Assembly: GCA_963610315.1 (NCBI GenBank)
Contig: CAVDMV010000003.1
Coordinates: 39,146-103,145, forward strand
Direction: 5' to 3'
Length of the DNA stretch: 64,000 nt
DNA from: Acutalibacteraceae bacterium
Lineage (GTDB): Bacteria; Bacillota_I; Bacilli_A; RFN20; CAG-449
Position numbers and translations under genes: made by a program. Numbering within the stretch: the first letter of the stretch is position 1; every line of letters starts with the position of its first letter. This document shows, one piece after another, positions 29,259 through 39,036 of this stretch. The notes beneath the pieces are model-generated. The model did not search any database. It was given only the letters and a program-made list of their open reading frames with translations, and was not told where the DNA came from.

Positions 29259-30134
29259 TTATCTATAATTATGAAGTTTTAATAGCTTATAAAGCGTAAC
29301 CTTCATATCCTTTCTTTCAACTATATTATCAATATAACCTTTATCTAAAAGGAATTCTGATGTTTGGAAATCTTTAGGAAGAACTTCTTTAATTGTTGAT
29401 TCAATAACTCTTCTTCCAGCAAAACCAATTAAAGTTTTAGGTTCAGCAAGAGTAATATCGGCAAGAGAAGCAAAAGACGCGCTTACTCCGCCGGTAGTAG
29501 GATCAGTTAAGACTGCAATATAAAGTTCTTTTTCTCTTAATTTACCAACTGCTTGGCTAGTTTTAGCCATTTGGAATAAAGAGATAATCCCTTCTTGCAT
29601 TCTTGCTCCTCCAGAACAAGTAAATAAAATTAAAGGTAAGTGTTCTTTAAGCGCTTTTTCACACATTAATGTAACTTTTTCGCCGCAGACAGAGCCCATA
29701 CTTCCCATCATAAAGAAACTATCCATAACGCCAACTAAGCAAGAGATACCGTTAATTTTACCTTTGACGCAGACAATTGATTCATCAATTTCTGAAGTTT
29801 CTTTAGCCTTAGACAATTTTTCTTCATAAGTAGGGAAATCTAAATGCTTTTCTTCAAGATTAGAAAATATTTCTTCATAACCTTCATCCATAACTTGTTT
29901 TAAGCGTTCTTTAGCGTGTAAACGCGCATGATAACCGCAGTTAGGACATACATATAAAGCATCTTGATATGCTTCAGAAAGTAAAGTTTTTTGACAAGAT
30001 GGGCATTTAACCATTAATCCATCTGGAACTTTAATTGGAGTAGTTTTTTCATCACGTTTTCTAAATTGAAGATCCGCTAGAACGGAATTAAATTCTTTAA
30101 TTTCTTCTTTTCTTTTATCGAATATATCTGGCAT
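29259..30134 (-). CDS. accD: acetyl-CoA carboxylase carboxyltransferase beta subunit
   Basis: N-terminal zinc finger CPSC...CPNCGYH; CT domain; 291 aa. Confidence 0.9.
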   Translation of the reverse strand: MPDIFDKRKEEIKEFNSVLADLQFRKRDEKTTPIKVPDGLMVKCPSCQKTLLSEAYQDALYVCPNCGYHARLHAKERLKQVMDEGYEEIFSNLEEKHLDFPTYEEKLSKAKETSEIDESIVCVKGKINGISCLVGVMDSFFMMGSMGSVCGEKVTLMCEKALKEHLPLILFTCSGGARMQEGIISLFQMAKTSQAVGKLREKELYIAVLTDPTTGGVSASFASLADITLAEPKTLIGFAGRRVIESTIKEVLPKDFQTSEFLLDKGYIDNIVERKDMKVTLYKLLKLHNYR

Positions 30135-31482
30135 TTTGTTCTAGCTCCTTTATCGTTTCATCAACAAAGCCAGTATTAAAGTTTCCTAAAATATACTTTG
30201 GATGATGCATAATCATATAATGGAATTCAGTTGTAGTTGGTACTCCATCAATTAATAATTCTTCTAACGCGACTCTCATTTTTCTAATTGCTTCAAGACG
30301 GTTTTTACCTAATACAACTAATTTTAAAATCATTGAGTCGTAATAAGGAGGAATGACGTATCCTGGGAAAACATGAGTATCTACTCTTACACCATTTCCA
30401 CCAGGTAAATGTAAGAAATTAATTTTACCTGCTTGAGGTCTAAAATCATTTGATACATCTTCAGCATTAATTCTACATTCAATCGCGAAACCATTGAGGT
30501 GAATATCTTCTTGTTTATAAGGAAGTTTCATACCTGCCGCAATCTTAATCATTAATTTAATAATATCTACGCCAGTTACCATTTCTGTAACTGAATGTTC
30601 TACTTGAACTCGAGTATTCATTTCGATGAAATAGAAATTTTCTTTGTCATCAACTAAGAATTCAATAGTACCGACTGAATCATAATTAACAAATTCAACT
30701 GCTTTTAAAGCATTTTCATATAATTTATTCTTTAATTTTTGTGAAATAGATTGGCATGGAGCTTCTTCAAGCATCTTTTGTTTTCTTCTTTGCATTGAGC
30801 AATTTCTTTCGAAAAGATGAATGTAATGGCCGAACTTATCACCAACAACTTGAACTTCGACATGCTTTGGATTTTGTACTAATTTTTCAATATATAATTC
30901 ATCGTTTGCGAAGAATTTCTTTGCTTCTTCTTTAGCTTCTTTATACATATCCGCGAATTTAGCTTCGGATTCGACCATTCGAATACCTTTTCCTCCTCCG
31001 CCGGCACTTGCTTTAATTAATACTGGGAAGCCAATTTCTTTTGCGATGGCTAACCCTTCATCTAACTTAACTGCTTTATAAGAGCCTGGAACAATTTGAA
31101 CACCAGCTTGACGCATTGATTTAATTGCTTCAGATTTATTACCCATTAATTCCATGACTTCTGGACGAGGTCCAATCCAAGTGATACCACATTTTTCAAC
31201 CATTTTGGCAAATAATGGGTTTTCGCTTAAAAAGCCAAAACCAGGATGAATCGCATCACATCCTGTTACACATGCTGCTGAAAGAATTCTTTCCATGTTT
31301 AAATATGAATTGGTAGAATTAGCTTCACCAATACATATTGCTTCATCCGCGATTTTAACATGTAAAGAAGATTTATCCGCGCTTGAATAAATCGCGACTG
31401 TCGCAATTCCCATTTCTTTACAAGCACGAATAATTCTAACTGCAATTTCTCCTCTATTTGCGATTAATACTTTCTTAAACAT
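30115..31482 (-). CDS. accC: biotin carboxylase
   Basis: ATP-grasp; MFKKVLIANRGEIAVRIIRACKEMGI N-terminus near-identical to AccC; 455 aa. Confidence 0.93.
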   Translation of the reverse strand: MFKKVLIANRGEIAVRIIRACKEMGIATVAIYSSADKSSLHVKIADEAICIGEANSTNSYLNMERILSAACVTGCDAIHPGFGFLSENPLFAKMVEKCGITWIGPRPEVMELMGNKSEAIKSMRQAGVQIVPGSYKAVKLDEGLAIAKEIGFPVLIKASAGGGGKGIRMVESEAKFADMYKEAKEEAKKFFANDELYIEKLVQNPKHVEVQVVGDKFGHYIHLFERNCSMQRRKQKMLEEAPCQSISQKLKNKLYENALKAVEFVNYDSVGTIEFLVDDKENFYFIEMNTRVQVEHSVTEMVTGVDIIKLMIKIAAGMKLPYKQEDIHLNGFAIECRINAEDVSNDFRPQAGKINFLHLPGGNGVRVDTHVFPGYVIPPYYDSMILKLVVLGKNRLEAIRKMRVALEELLIDGVPTTTEFHYMIMHHPKYILGNFNTGFVDETIKELEQNARYIR

Positions 31483-31484
31483 AA

Positions 31485-31919
31485 TTAATCACCTATTAAG
31501 AATAATTTTTGATCAAATTCAATTACTCCACCTTCACTTGCATAAATTTCTTTAACAGTTCCGTCTTTTGGTGCAGTAATTTCATTCATAACTTTCATTG
31601 CTTCAATGATACAAAGTTTATCACCTTTTTTAACTTTAGAACCAACTTCAACAAATGGTTTAGCATCTGGATATTGAGCTTGGTGATAAGTACCAACTAA
31701 TGGTGATTTAACAATGTCTTTTTCATTGATAACTTCTTCTTCAGAAGTTGAAGGAGTTACACTTGAAGAATGTTCATTAGGAACTACAAATCCTACTTGA
31801 TTTTCACTCTTTGTTAATTTGATTTTCATATCATCAACTTCAATATCTAAAGATGTAATATTTGCTTTTTCAAACATCTTAACAATCTTTTCAATTTCTT
31901 CAATTTTCATATTAAGCAT
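31485..31919 (-). CDS. accB: biotin carboxyl carrier protein
   Basis: Biotinylation motif EAMKVMN; 144 aa. Confidence 0.88.
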   Translation of the reverse strand: MLNMKIEEIEKIVKMFEKANITSLDIEVDDMKIKLTKSENQVGFVVPNEHSSSVTPSTSEEEVINEKDIVKSPLVGTYHQAQYPDAKPFVEVGSKVKKGDKLCIIEAMKVMNEITAPKDGTVKEIYASEGGVIEFDQKLFLIGD

Positions 31920-32148
31920 TTAACTCCTTTTCTTTTCTTGTAACTAATTTAACTACATCATCAACCGTGATTAATTGTTCCATTTCTTCATATTCGATTT
32001 GAATGGAGAATGCAGTTTCAAGTTCAAGAATCATTTCAACTGCATAAAGGCTATCAATGCCTAAATCTTTTAATTTCGCATCTTTCGTGATTTTTTCTTC
32101 ATCAACATTCGCGCATTCAATTAATAATTGTTTAATTTTTTCAAACAT
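31912..32148 (-). CDS. acyl carrier protein (copy 1)
   Basis: 78 aa, acidic, phosphopantetheine site GIDSL. Confidence 0.8.
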   Translation of the reverse strand: MFEKIKQLLIECANVDEEKITKDAKLKDLGIDSLYAVEMILELETAFSIQIEYEEMEQLITVDDVVKLVTRKEKELNA

Positions 32149-32172
32149 AATAAGCCTCCTATGCTATATTAA

Positions 32173-32913
32173 TTATTTTTTGCCTTTTTCTCTTTCATTA
32201 GTCCAAAAGTTATTTAAGAAAACTTTATAAGCACTAGTAGTAAAAGGTGGTTTTAATAATTTAATTTTGGTTTCTTCACTTAAAGAACCATTTTCGATAA
32301 ATTCTTGACCAGCGAGAATAAACTTTTCTAAGAATTTATCAATTTTATTTTGATTATTTAATTCGACTAAAGTCTTCATTTGAGGAACTAAAATCGCTAA
32401 ATAATTATTTTGACCGCAGATACAATCATATTGTTTTAATAAAGACGTATAAGCTAAATCAGTTTCAGTGTACGCACAAGTAGAAATAACGATAAATTTT
32501 CTATTTGGACGAGGATTTCTAATACCGTGGAAAGACTTTCCATCGCGAGGAGCGATTTGTCCTTCGTAAGTACACATCATCGATAAAAGTCGATCAGTAA
32601 GTACCTTATTAATTCCAGGCATTGAGAAGAAATATAAAGGATAAGAATTAATAACGATATCCGCGTTATCTAATTTTTCTTTAACAGTATTTACATCATC
32701 ATTTTTAATGACGCATTCTCCTGCCGTTCTTCCCCAGCAAGATAAGCAACCTAAACAAGGGGTAATTTTTAAATCAGATACGTTAATAATTTCTATATCT
32801 AAATCATTATTTACATTTAATCCTTTTAAGAAAGCATTAGTTACTACCATTGTAGAACTTCTTTCTTTTTTAGGACTACCATTTAAGACGACAACTTTTT
32901 TCTTAGTTTCCAT
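32173..32913 (-). CDS. iron-sulfur flavoprotein-like NAD(P)H-dependent FMN reductase (flavodoxin fold)
   Basis: VVVLNGSPKK flavodoxin-like N-terminus; compact Cys motif CLGCLSCWGRTAGEC (CX2CX2CX7C) as in Isf proteins; 246 aa; embedded in the FAS operon. Confidence 0.6.
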   Translation of the reverse strand: METKKKVVVLNGSPKKERSSTMVVTNAFLKGLNVNNDLDIEIINVSDLKITPCLGCLSCWGRTAGECVIKNDDVNTVKEKLDNADIVINSYPLYFFSMPGINKVLTDRLLSMMCTYEGQIAPRDGKSFHGIRNPRPNRKFIVISTCAYTETDLAYTSLLKQYDCICGQNNYLAILVPQMKTLVELNNQNKIDKFLEKFILAGQEFIENGSLSEETKIKLLKPPFTTSAYKVFLNNFWTNEREKGKK

Positions 32914-33373
32914 AGATTTGTTCTTTTTTAACAGCAGTAAATGTCATTGTTCCTTTTGAATAGATGACATCATTTACTTTAACAACTGCATCAAAAGTTG
33001 TTAATGGTCCCATTACCTTAGATTTTTTTACATTAATAATTAATGTATCACCAGGAATAACAGGTTTAATAAATTTGAAATTGTCTACTTTTAATAATAC
33101 GTAAATAAGATTTGCATCAGAACCATCAGATTCAATTACGAGTGAACATAATTGAGCACATGATTCAATAATTAATACTCCAGGCATGATTGGATTATCA
33201 GGGAAATGACCCATAAAATAAGGTTCATTTACTGAAACGTTCTTTAATCCAGTCGCTTCAACATTTGGAGTAAGTTCTAAGACCTTTTCAATCATTTGGA
33301 AAGGAGGTCTTTGTTTAATTCTTTTATTTATTTCATTAATGTTCATCATATTATAAAGATAATCCTCCATCAA
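32903..33373 (-). CDS. fabZ: 3-hydroxyacyl-ACP dehydratase
   Basis: Hotdog fold with HFPDNPIMPGVL motif; 156 aa. Confidence 0.85.
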   Translation of the reverse strand: MMEDYLYNMMNINEINKRIKQRPPFQMIEKVLELTPNVEATGLKNVSVNEPYFMGHFPDNPIMPGVLIIESCAQLCSLVIESDGSDANLIYVLLKVDNFKFIKPVIPGDTLIINVKKSKVMGPLTTFDAVVKVNDVIYSKGTMTFTAVKKEQIYGN

Positions 33374-34082
33374 TTGTAATTACTTGTCCAGTAATGTAGC
33401 TTGCTTCATCACTAGCTAAGAAAGAAACTAACGCCGCGATATCTTCAACAACACCTAATCTATGAAGAGGAATGTTCTTTAAATATTCTTCTTTTTTATC
33501 TTCTGGGATATGATCTAACATTTCTGTTTGGATAAATCCAGGAGCGACAGCATTAACTCTAATTCCATAAGGAGAAAGTTCTTTCGCTAAAGTTTGAGTC
33601 ATTGAGTTAACTGCACCTTTAGTTGATGAATATACGCTTTGTCCAGGTAAAGCAAATTTACCTGAGACAGAAGACATATTGATGATGACACCTTTTTTCT
33701 TACGAAGCATTTTTAAAGCTGCTTGTTGAGCACAATAGAAATATCCTTTAACATTTAAATCATAACATGCATCAAGATTTTCTTTTGTCATCATGAGTAA
33801 TAATTCATCTCTAACGATACCAGCATTATTGACTAAAACATCAATTTGTCCGTATGTTTTAGCGATTTCTTTCATCATTTTGCTCGCTTCTTCAAATTTA
33901 GAAACATCAGCTTTATAGATAATTCCATCTCCTCCATTAGCCTTAATTTCATCTAATGTCTTAAGAGCGGATTCATCGCTTCTAGAATAATTAACAACAA
34001 CAAAATAGCCATCCTTAGCAAGTCTAATTGCGCATCCTTTACCGATGCCCTTACTTGCGCCTGTAACAATTGCAACTTTCAT
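33351..34082 (-). CDS. fabG: 3-oxoacyl-ACP reductase (SDR)
   Basis: TGASKGIG cofactor motif, YSSTK catalytic tetrad; 243 aa. Confidence 0.88.
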   Translation of the reverse strand: MKVAIVTGASKGIGKGCAIRLAKDGYFVVVNYSRSDESALKTLDEIKANGGDGIIYKADVSKFEEASKMMKEIAKTYGQIDVLVNNAGIVRDELLLMMTKENLDACYDLNVKGYFYCAQQAALKMLRKKKGVIINMSSVSGKFALPGQSVYSSTKGAVNSMTQTLAKELSPYGIRVNAVAPGFIQTEMLDHIPEDKKEEYLKNIPLHRLGVVEDIAALVSFLASDEASYITGQVITIDGGLSL

Positions 34083-34096
34083 AAAATTCTCCTTTT

Positions 34097-36508
34097 TTAT
34101 TTAGATAAGATAACTGCAGTATATGAACCACCAGATCCATATGCAGTAACTAAGATATGAGATAATCCTTCAGAAGAAAGAGTTTTCTTAGTCATTTTTC
34201 CATTTTCATTTACATAAGCAAAATCATCATGGTCGATTGTATTAGATAATAATAATGATGCTTGAACAACGTTTAACGCTGCAGAAGCTGCTCTACCTTC
34301 ACCAGTTCTAGCTTTTGTTGAAACTACTGGAGTAGTAAAGTTTTCACCAAATACACGTTTATATGAAGAAATTTCTTCATTATCAATAACTTCACATCCA
34401 TTACCGAAACCAACGATAGCATCAATATCACTTACTTTTAATCCTGCGTGATCAAGAGCTTGTTTAATTGCTTCATCAAGAGCTTCGCTAGAATTGGATA
34501 ATGTACCAAAGCTAACATCTTTATGTGTCATACCATAGCCTGAAACATAAGCATATTTTTTCGCACCACGTTTATCTGCATTAGTTTCGCTTTCTAAGAC
34601 GATAGTAATGCCGCCGTCACTAAGGACGAAGCCTTTATTATGAGAATATGGTTCAACATAGCTATCTGCGACATAGCCAAGTGAAGTATATAATTCAGAT
34701 GTAACATTAATATTTTCATCACTACCAGAAGCTAAAATAATATCTTCTTTTCCTTGTTCAATGATGTTCATACCATAAGCAATACTTGCTAAACCTGATT
34801 GAGCACCGTTTGTGATTGTAACGTTATAACCTTTAATCTTTGATTGGATTGATAAGTAACCACCTGCTGCATTATAAACAGTATTTGGGAAGCTAAATGC
34901 GCTGCCATTTGCGTTACCTTTTTCGTAAATATTTTCTTCGAATTCACAACCCATACCAAGAGCGCCTTCAGAAGTACCAACAACAATACCAATACGTGTT
35001 GCATTTTCATCAGTAACTTCTAAGTTAGCATCTTTTAATGCATAAATTCCTGAAGCAACTTCAATAGAAGAAATAACATCGAGTTTTCTATGGAATGACA
35101 TTGGAACACCAACTGGTGCGAATAAGTTAGGAATTGATGTAGCATCAACTTTACGATCTAATACTGATTTGACGTTACCTTCTTTAACAGTTTCATTTGC
35201 GTTAACCTTTGCAATATAGTTTTCAGTACCATTACCTAATGGAGAAACAATACCAAAACCTGTAACGACTACTTTTTCTTTCTTTTCTGGTAAAGTTACA
35301 TTACCAGCATTTTTACTGAAGATAATTGAAGCGTTATTACCACCGAAAGCAAATGAGTTAGACATAACATTTTCTAATTCTTTTTCATGTGCTTTATTTG
35401 GAATAAAGTCAATTTTACCTGCTTTTTCTTTTAATGTGACTAAATCTTCATCACTATAGCCAAGAGTTGCAGGAACTGTATTAGTTGTTAATGCTTTGAT
35501 TGAGAAAACAGCTTCGATCGCGCCAGCTGCACCTAAGCAATGGCCAACCATTGCTTTAGTTGATGAAACACTTAAATTATCTGTTTCTGGATCAAAAATT
35601 GTATGTAATGATAAGAATTCAGCATTATCGTTTTTACCAGTACCTGTACCGTGAGCGTTAATATAACCAATTTCGTTAGCTTTAACACCTGAAGTTTTCA
35701 TCGCCCAACGAATTGCGTTCATTTGTCCTTCACCATCTTCTCTAGGAGCTGTAATGTGATGAGCGTCACTTGATACACCTGAGCCTAAGACTTCACAATA
35801 AATCTTTGCTTTTCTCTTTAATGCATGTTCATAAGATTCAACAACAACAATACCTGAACCTTCACCAAGAGTAATACCTTTACAATGGTTAAATGGTGAA
35901 CATGGATTTGAATCTAATGCATGAAGAGCTAAGAAGCCTGAATAAGGAACGCTAGCAAAAGCATCCGCGCCACCTGCGATAACAATATCAGCTTTACCTG
36001 CTCTAATGAGGTCACAAGCATATGAGATAGAAATAGTACCAGCTGCACATGCGTTTGCAATATTAGTTACAACACCACCTGCGTGGACGTAGCCAGCTAC
36101 TTGAGAAGCAATCGCGCTAATAGGCATTTGCTTAATATCTTTTTTATCTTTGCCGTGTTGATAATAATGTTCAATAGAAACAACGCCGCCAACACATGAA
36201 CCGATGATAACGCTAACTCTAGGATCATCATTAAAATCTTTTAATCCTGCATCAGACATCGCTTCTTTAGTAGCTTTAATACATAATTTAGAAACTCTAT
36301 CCATATATTCTTTTGTTTCAACATCTTTTAAATCATCTTTAACTTCTGCCGCTAATGAAGCATAGCAATCTTTTGTATCAACACTAGTTGTAGTAGCGAT
36401 ACCTGAGACTGATTTTAATGCATTTGACCAACATTCATCAACGCTACTACCAATTGCACTGATTAAACCTAAACCAGTAACAACACAACGTAAATTATTT
36501 TCTGTCAT
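34097..36508 (-). CDS. fused beta-ketoacyl-ACP synthase II (active) plus catalytically inactive KS-like C-terminal domain (CLF-like), 803 aa
   Basis: N-domain has Cys (NACAAG), HGTGT and GHCLGAAG motifs; C-domain starts VVVTGFGIVSPLG but has NGAQSG at the Cys position and lacks both catalytic His. Confidence 0.8.
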   Translation of the reverse strand: MTENNLRCVVTGLGLISAIGSSVDECWSNALKSVSGIATTTSVDTKDCYASLAAEVKDDLKDVETKEYMDRVSKLCIKATKEAMSDAGLKDFNDDPRVSVIIGSCVGGVVSIEHYYQHGKDKKDIKQMPISAIASQVAGYVHAGGVVTNIANACAAGTISISYACDLIRAGKADIVIAGGADAFASVPYSGFLALHALDSNPCSPFNHCKGITLGEGSGIVVVESYEHALKRKAKIYCEVLGSGVSSDAHHITAPREDGEGQMNAIRWAMKTSGVKANEIGYINAHGTGTGKNDNAEFLSLHTIFDPETDNLSVSSTKAMVGHCLGAAGAIEAVFSIKALTTNTVPATLGYSDEDLVTLKEKAGKIDFIPNKAHEKELENVMSNSFAFGGNNASIIFSKNAGNVTLPEKKEKVVVTGFGIVSPLGNGTENYIAKVNANETVKEGNVKSVLDRKVDATSIPNLFAPVGVPMSFHRKLDVISSIEVASGIYALKDANLEVTDENATRIGIVVGTSEGALGMGCEFEENIYEKGNANGSAFSFPNTVYNAAGGYLSIQSKIKGYNVTITNGAQSGLASIAYGMNIIEQGKEDIILASGSDENINVTSELYTSLGYVADSYVEPYSHNKGFVLSDGGITIVLESETNADKRGAKKYAYVSGYGMTHKDVSFGTLSNSSEALDEAIKQALDHAGLKVSDIDAIVGFGNGCEVIDNEEISSYKRVFGENFTTPVVSTKARTGEGRAASAALNVVQASLLLSNTIDHDDFAYVNENGKMTKKTLSSEGLSHILVTAYGSGGSYTAVILSK

Positions 36509-36615
36509 AAAATTCTCCTTTTTTTAAAATTATTCAACCTCTAAATCTAAGATTTAGGGCATATTTTCTTAAAGTCAAAAAAATAGTTGCAAGAATAACT
36601 TGCAACTACCTAAAA

Positions 36616-36861
36616 CTACTTATTTGCGATAATATATGCTGCAAGAGTATCAATGCTTCTGAAGTGTTCTCTAGCAACACCAGTCATTGATAAACCAAAT
36701 TCATCATCAATAAATGAGATAATTTCAATTGAGTCGATTGAGTCTAAACCAATTGAAGTACCTTCAAATAATGGAGTATCGAAATTTAATACACTTGGTT
36801 CAACTCCTAAGTTTTCACAAATGAAATCTTTTAATTTTTGTTTTACTTCTACTTCGTTCAT
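36616..36861 (-). CDS. acyl carrier protein (copy 2)
   Basis: 81 aa; phosphopantetheine attachment site GLDSIDSIE. Confidence 0.7.
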   Translation of the reverse strand: MNEVEVKQKLKDFICENLGVEPSVLNFDTPLFEGTSIGLDSIDSIEIISFIDDEFGLSMTGVAREHFRSIDTLAAYIIANK

Positions 36862-37021
36862 AAAATATCCTTTCTTAATAAACTAAAAAGTATGATTAGC
36901 CTTTTTTCACATTTACAATCATAACACTTAAAAAAAACTTAATCAATAACTTTTCTCTTTAAGAAAGTTAATAACTAGTGAATGAATATATTTTATATAT
37001 TATTATCGATTTAGTAGAAAA

Positions 37022-37333
37022 TTAAGAAATTATTACAATGCTTGTTACTAAGTCTCCTTCATGAGAAATAGAGATACTTATTTCAGGATGATTTAAAACA
37101 TAAGGCTGACCAGAAGGATGTTTTAAAATTGAATATTCAAGATAAAGAGGATCTTGAGTCGCTTTAAAAATTGCTTCTTTAGACGCCCAACGAACAGCTA
37201 AAAAAGTGGACTTAGAATCTTCATTTAATTCATTAAATTCTTCTAACTCCACTTTCGTTAGTATTCGATTTATAAAATTTTCTTTTTTATTTTCAAATCT
37301 AGATATTCTTGTTAAATCAATTCCTACTTGCAT
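37022..37333 (-). CDS. acpS: holo-ACP synthase (4'-phosphopantetheinyl transferase)
   Basis: MQVGIDLTRISRF N-terminus and KEAIFKA motif typical of AcpS; 103 aa. Confidence 0.8.
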   Translation of the reverse strand: MQVGIDLTRISRFENKKENFINRILTKVELEEFNELNEDSKSTFLAVRWASKEAIFKATQDPLYLEYSILKHPSGQPYVLNHPEISISISHEGDLVTSIVIIS

Positions 37334-37375
37334 AATTTACCTCACGTAAATTAAGTGTAGCATTTATCAGTTTTA

Positions 37376-39034
37376 TTATCTAGTTGAATTAACAAATGAG
37401 TCGATATCAACTTTTGTTGTATCGATAGTTGATATTTGTTTTCTTAGTTTTAATACATAAGAAGGTGAAACAGATAATTCATCAATACCTAATGAAACAA
37501 AGAAAGGTAATAATTTTTCATCACGTGCTAATTCACCACATATACCAACAGGAATATTTTTCTTATGGCCATTTTCGATTGTTAATTTGATAAGTCTAAG
37601 AATAGCCTTATGATGTGGATTAAATGTTTTATCTAATAATGGATTAACGCGGTCGATTGCTAAAGTATATTGAGATAAATCATTCGTGCCGATTGAGAAG
37701 AAGTCGACGTGTTCTGCTAGTACATCTGACATAATTGCCGCGGCAGGAGTTTCAATCATAATACCGATTTTCATATCAGGATTAAACTTTTCACCACGAG
37801 AAGTAAGGTTATTTTTCGCTAAAGCACACATTTCTTTAACAAATTCGACTTCGCTTAATGAGATAATCATCGGAATCATAATTGCTAAATTACCATATGC
37901 TGATGCACGATATAAGGCAGTTAATTGGTCTAAGAACATCGCAGGACGATCTTTACAAATTCTAATTGAACGATATCCTAAAGCTGGATTTTCTTCTTCA
38001 GGTAATTCGAAATAATCAACTTTTTTATCCGCGCCGATATCTAAAGTTCTAATAATAACTTCTTTCCCCTTCATTGCTTCAACAACTTTTTTATAATGAA
38101 CAAATTGTTCTTCTTCAGTTGGGTAAGTTTTACTATCTAAATAGATGAATTCAGATCTAAATAAACCGATACCTTCTCCATCATTTTTAATAACATTATC
38201 AACTTCATAACTAGAAGCAATATTAGAATAAATCTTTAATTTTTTACCATCTAATGTTGTCGTTTCTTTGCCTCTTAGAAAGGAAAGTTCTTTTATATCA
38301 TTAAGATAAGATTCTTTGATTTTTGAATATTTAGTAATATCTTTTGAAGTTGGATCAATAATTAGTTTTCCTTTAAGGCCATCAATAATCGCAAATTTGC
38401 CGTTTAAAGAAGCGTCAACATTAAAATCATCAATTGCACAGATAGAAGGAATTTCAAGCATTCTAGTAAGAATGGAAACGTGAGAATTAATGCTTCCTTT
38501 AACTAAAATTAAGCCGATGAGAAGATTCTTATCAAACTTCATAAGTTCACTTGAAGGTAAGTCATCACAGATGATAATTGAAGGTTCTTTTAATAAAGTT
38601 AAATCTTCTTTTTTAGTTAAGACATCAATAATTTTATTACCGACTTCAAGAACATCTCTCGCTCTTTCTTTCATGTAAGCATCGTCCATAGTTTCAAACA
38701 TACTGGATAATTGTTTACTTGCTTCTTTAACCGCCGATTCTGCCGTTAATTTATTGTTTATACCTTCTTTAACTAAATCTTCAAAATCGAGATCTTCCGC
38801 CATAAGTTTATGGGTAAGGAAGAGTTGAGCCTCTTCCTCCCCTAAACGAATTAATGTGTCTTGATAAAGTTTTTCAAATGAAACAATGGTTTTTGCACGA
38901 GCTTCAATGAAACGTTCAGTTTCTTTTTCTTCACCTAAGAATTCATTTTTAGTTTCAGTTTTTATATCTTGGTAAACAACTAGTTTTCCAAGTGCGTATC
39001 CATCAAAGATACGTTTAGATGAATATTCTTTCAT
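37376..39034 (-). CDS. ptsI: phosphoenolpyruvate-protein phosphotransferase (PTS enzyme I)
   Basis: 552 aa; PEP-utilizing enzyme domains including the phospho-His region GSINSHVSIL. Confidence 0.88.
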   Translation of the reverse strand: MKEYSSKRIFDGYALGKLVVYQDIKTETKNEFLGEEKETERFIEARAKTIVSFEKLYQDTLIRLGEEEAQLFLTHKLMAEDLDFEDLVKEGINNKLTAESAVKEASKQLSSMFETMDDAYMKERARDVLEVGNKIIDVLTKKEDLTLLKEPSIIICDDLPSSELMKFDKNLLIGLILVKGSINSHVSILTRMLEIPSICAIDDFNVDASLNGKFAIIDGLKGKLIIDPTSKDITKYSKIKESYLNDIKELSFLRGKETTTLDGKKLKIYSNIASSYEVDNVIKNDGEGIGLFRSEFIYLDSKTYPTEEEQFVHYKKVVEAMKGKEVIIRTLDIGADKKVDYFELPEEENPALGYRSIRICKDRPAMFLDQLTALYRASAYGNLAIMIPMIISLSEVEFVKEMCALAKNNLTSRGEKFNPDMKIGIMIETPAAAIMSDVLAEHVDFFSIGTNDLSQYTLAIDRVNPLLDKTFNPHHKAILRLIKLTIENGHKKNIPVGICGELARDEKLLPFFVSLGIDELSVSPSYVLKLRKQISTIDTTKVDIDSFVNSTR

Positions 39035-39036
39035 AA

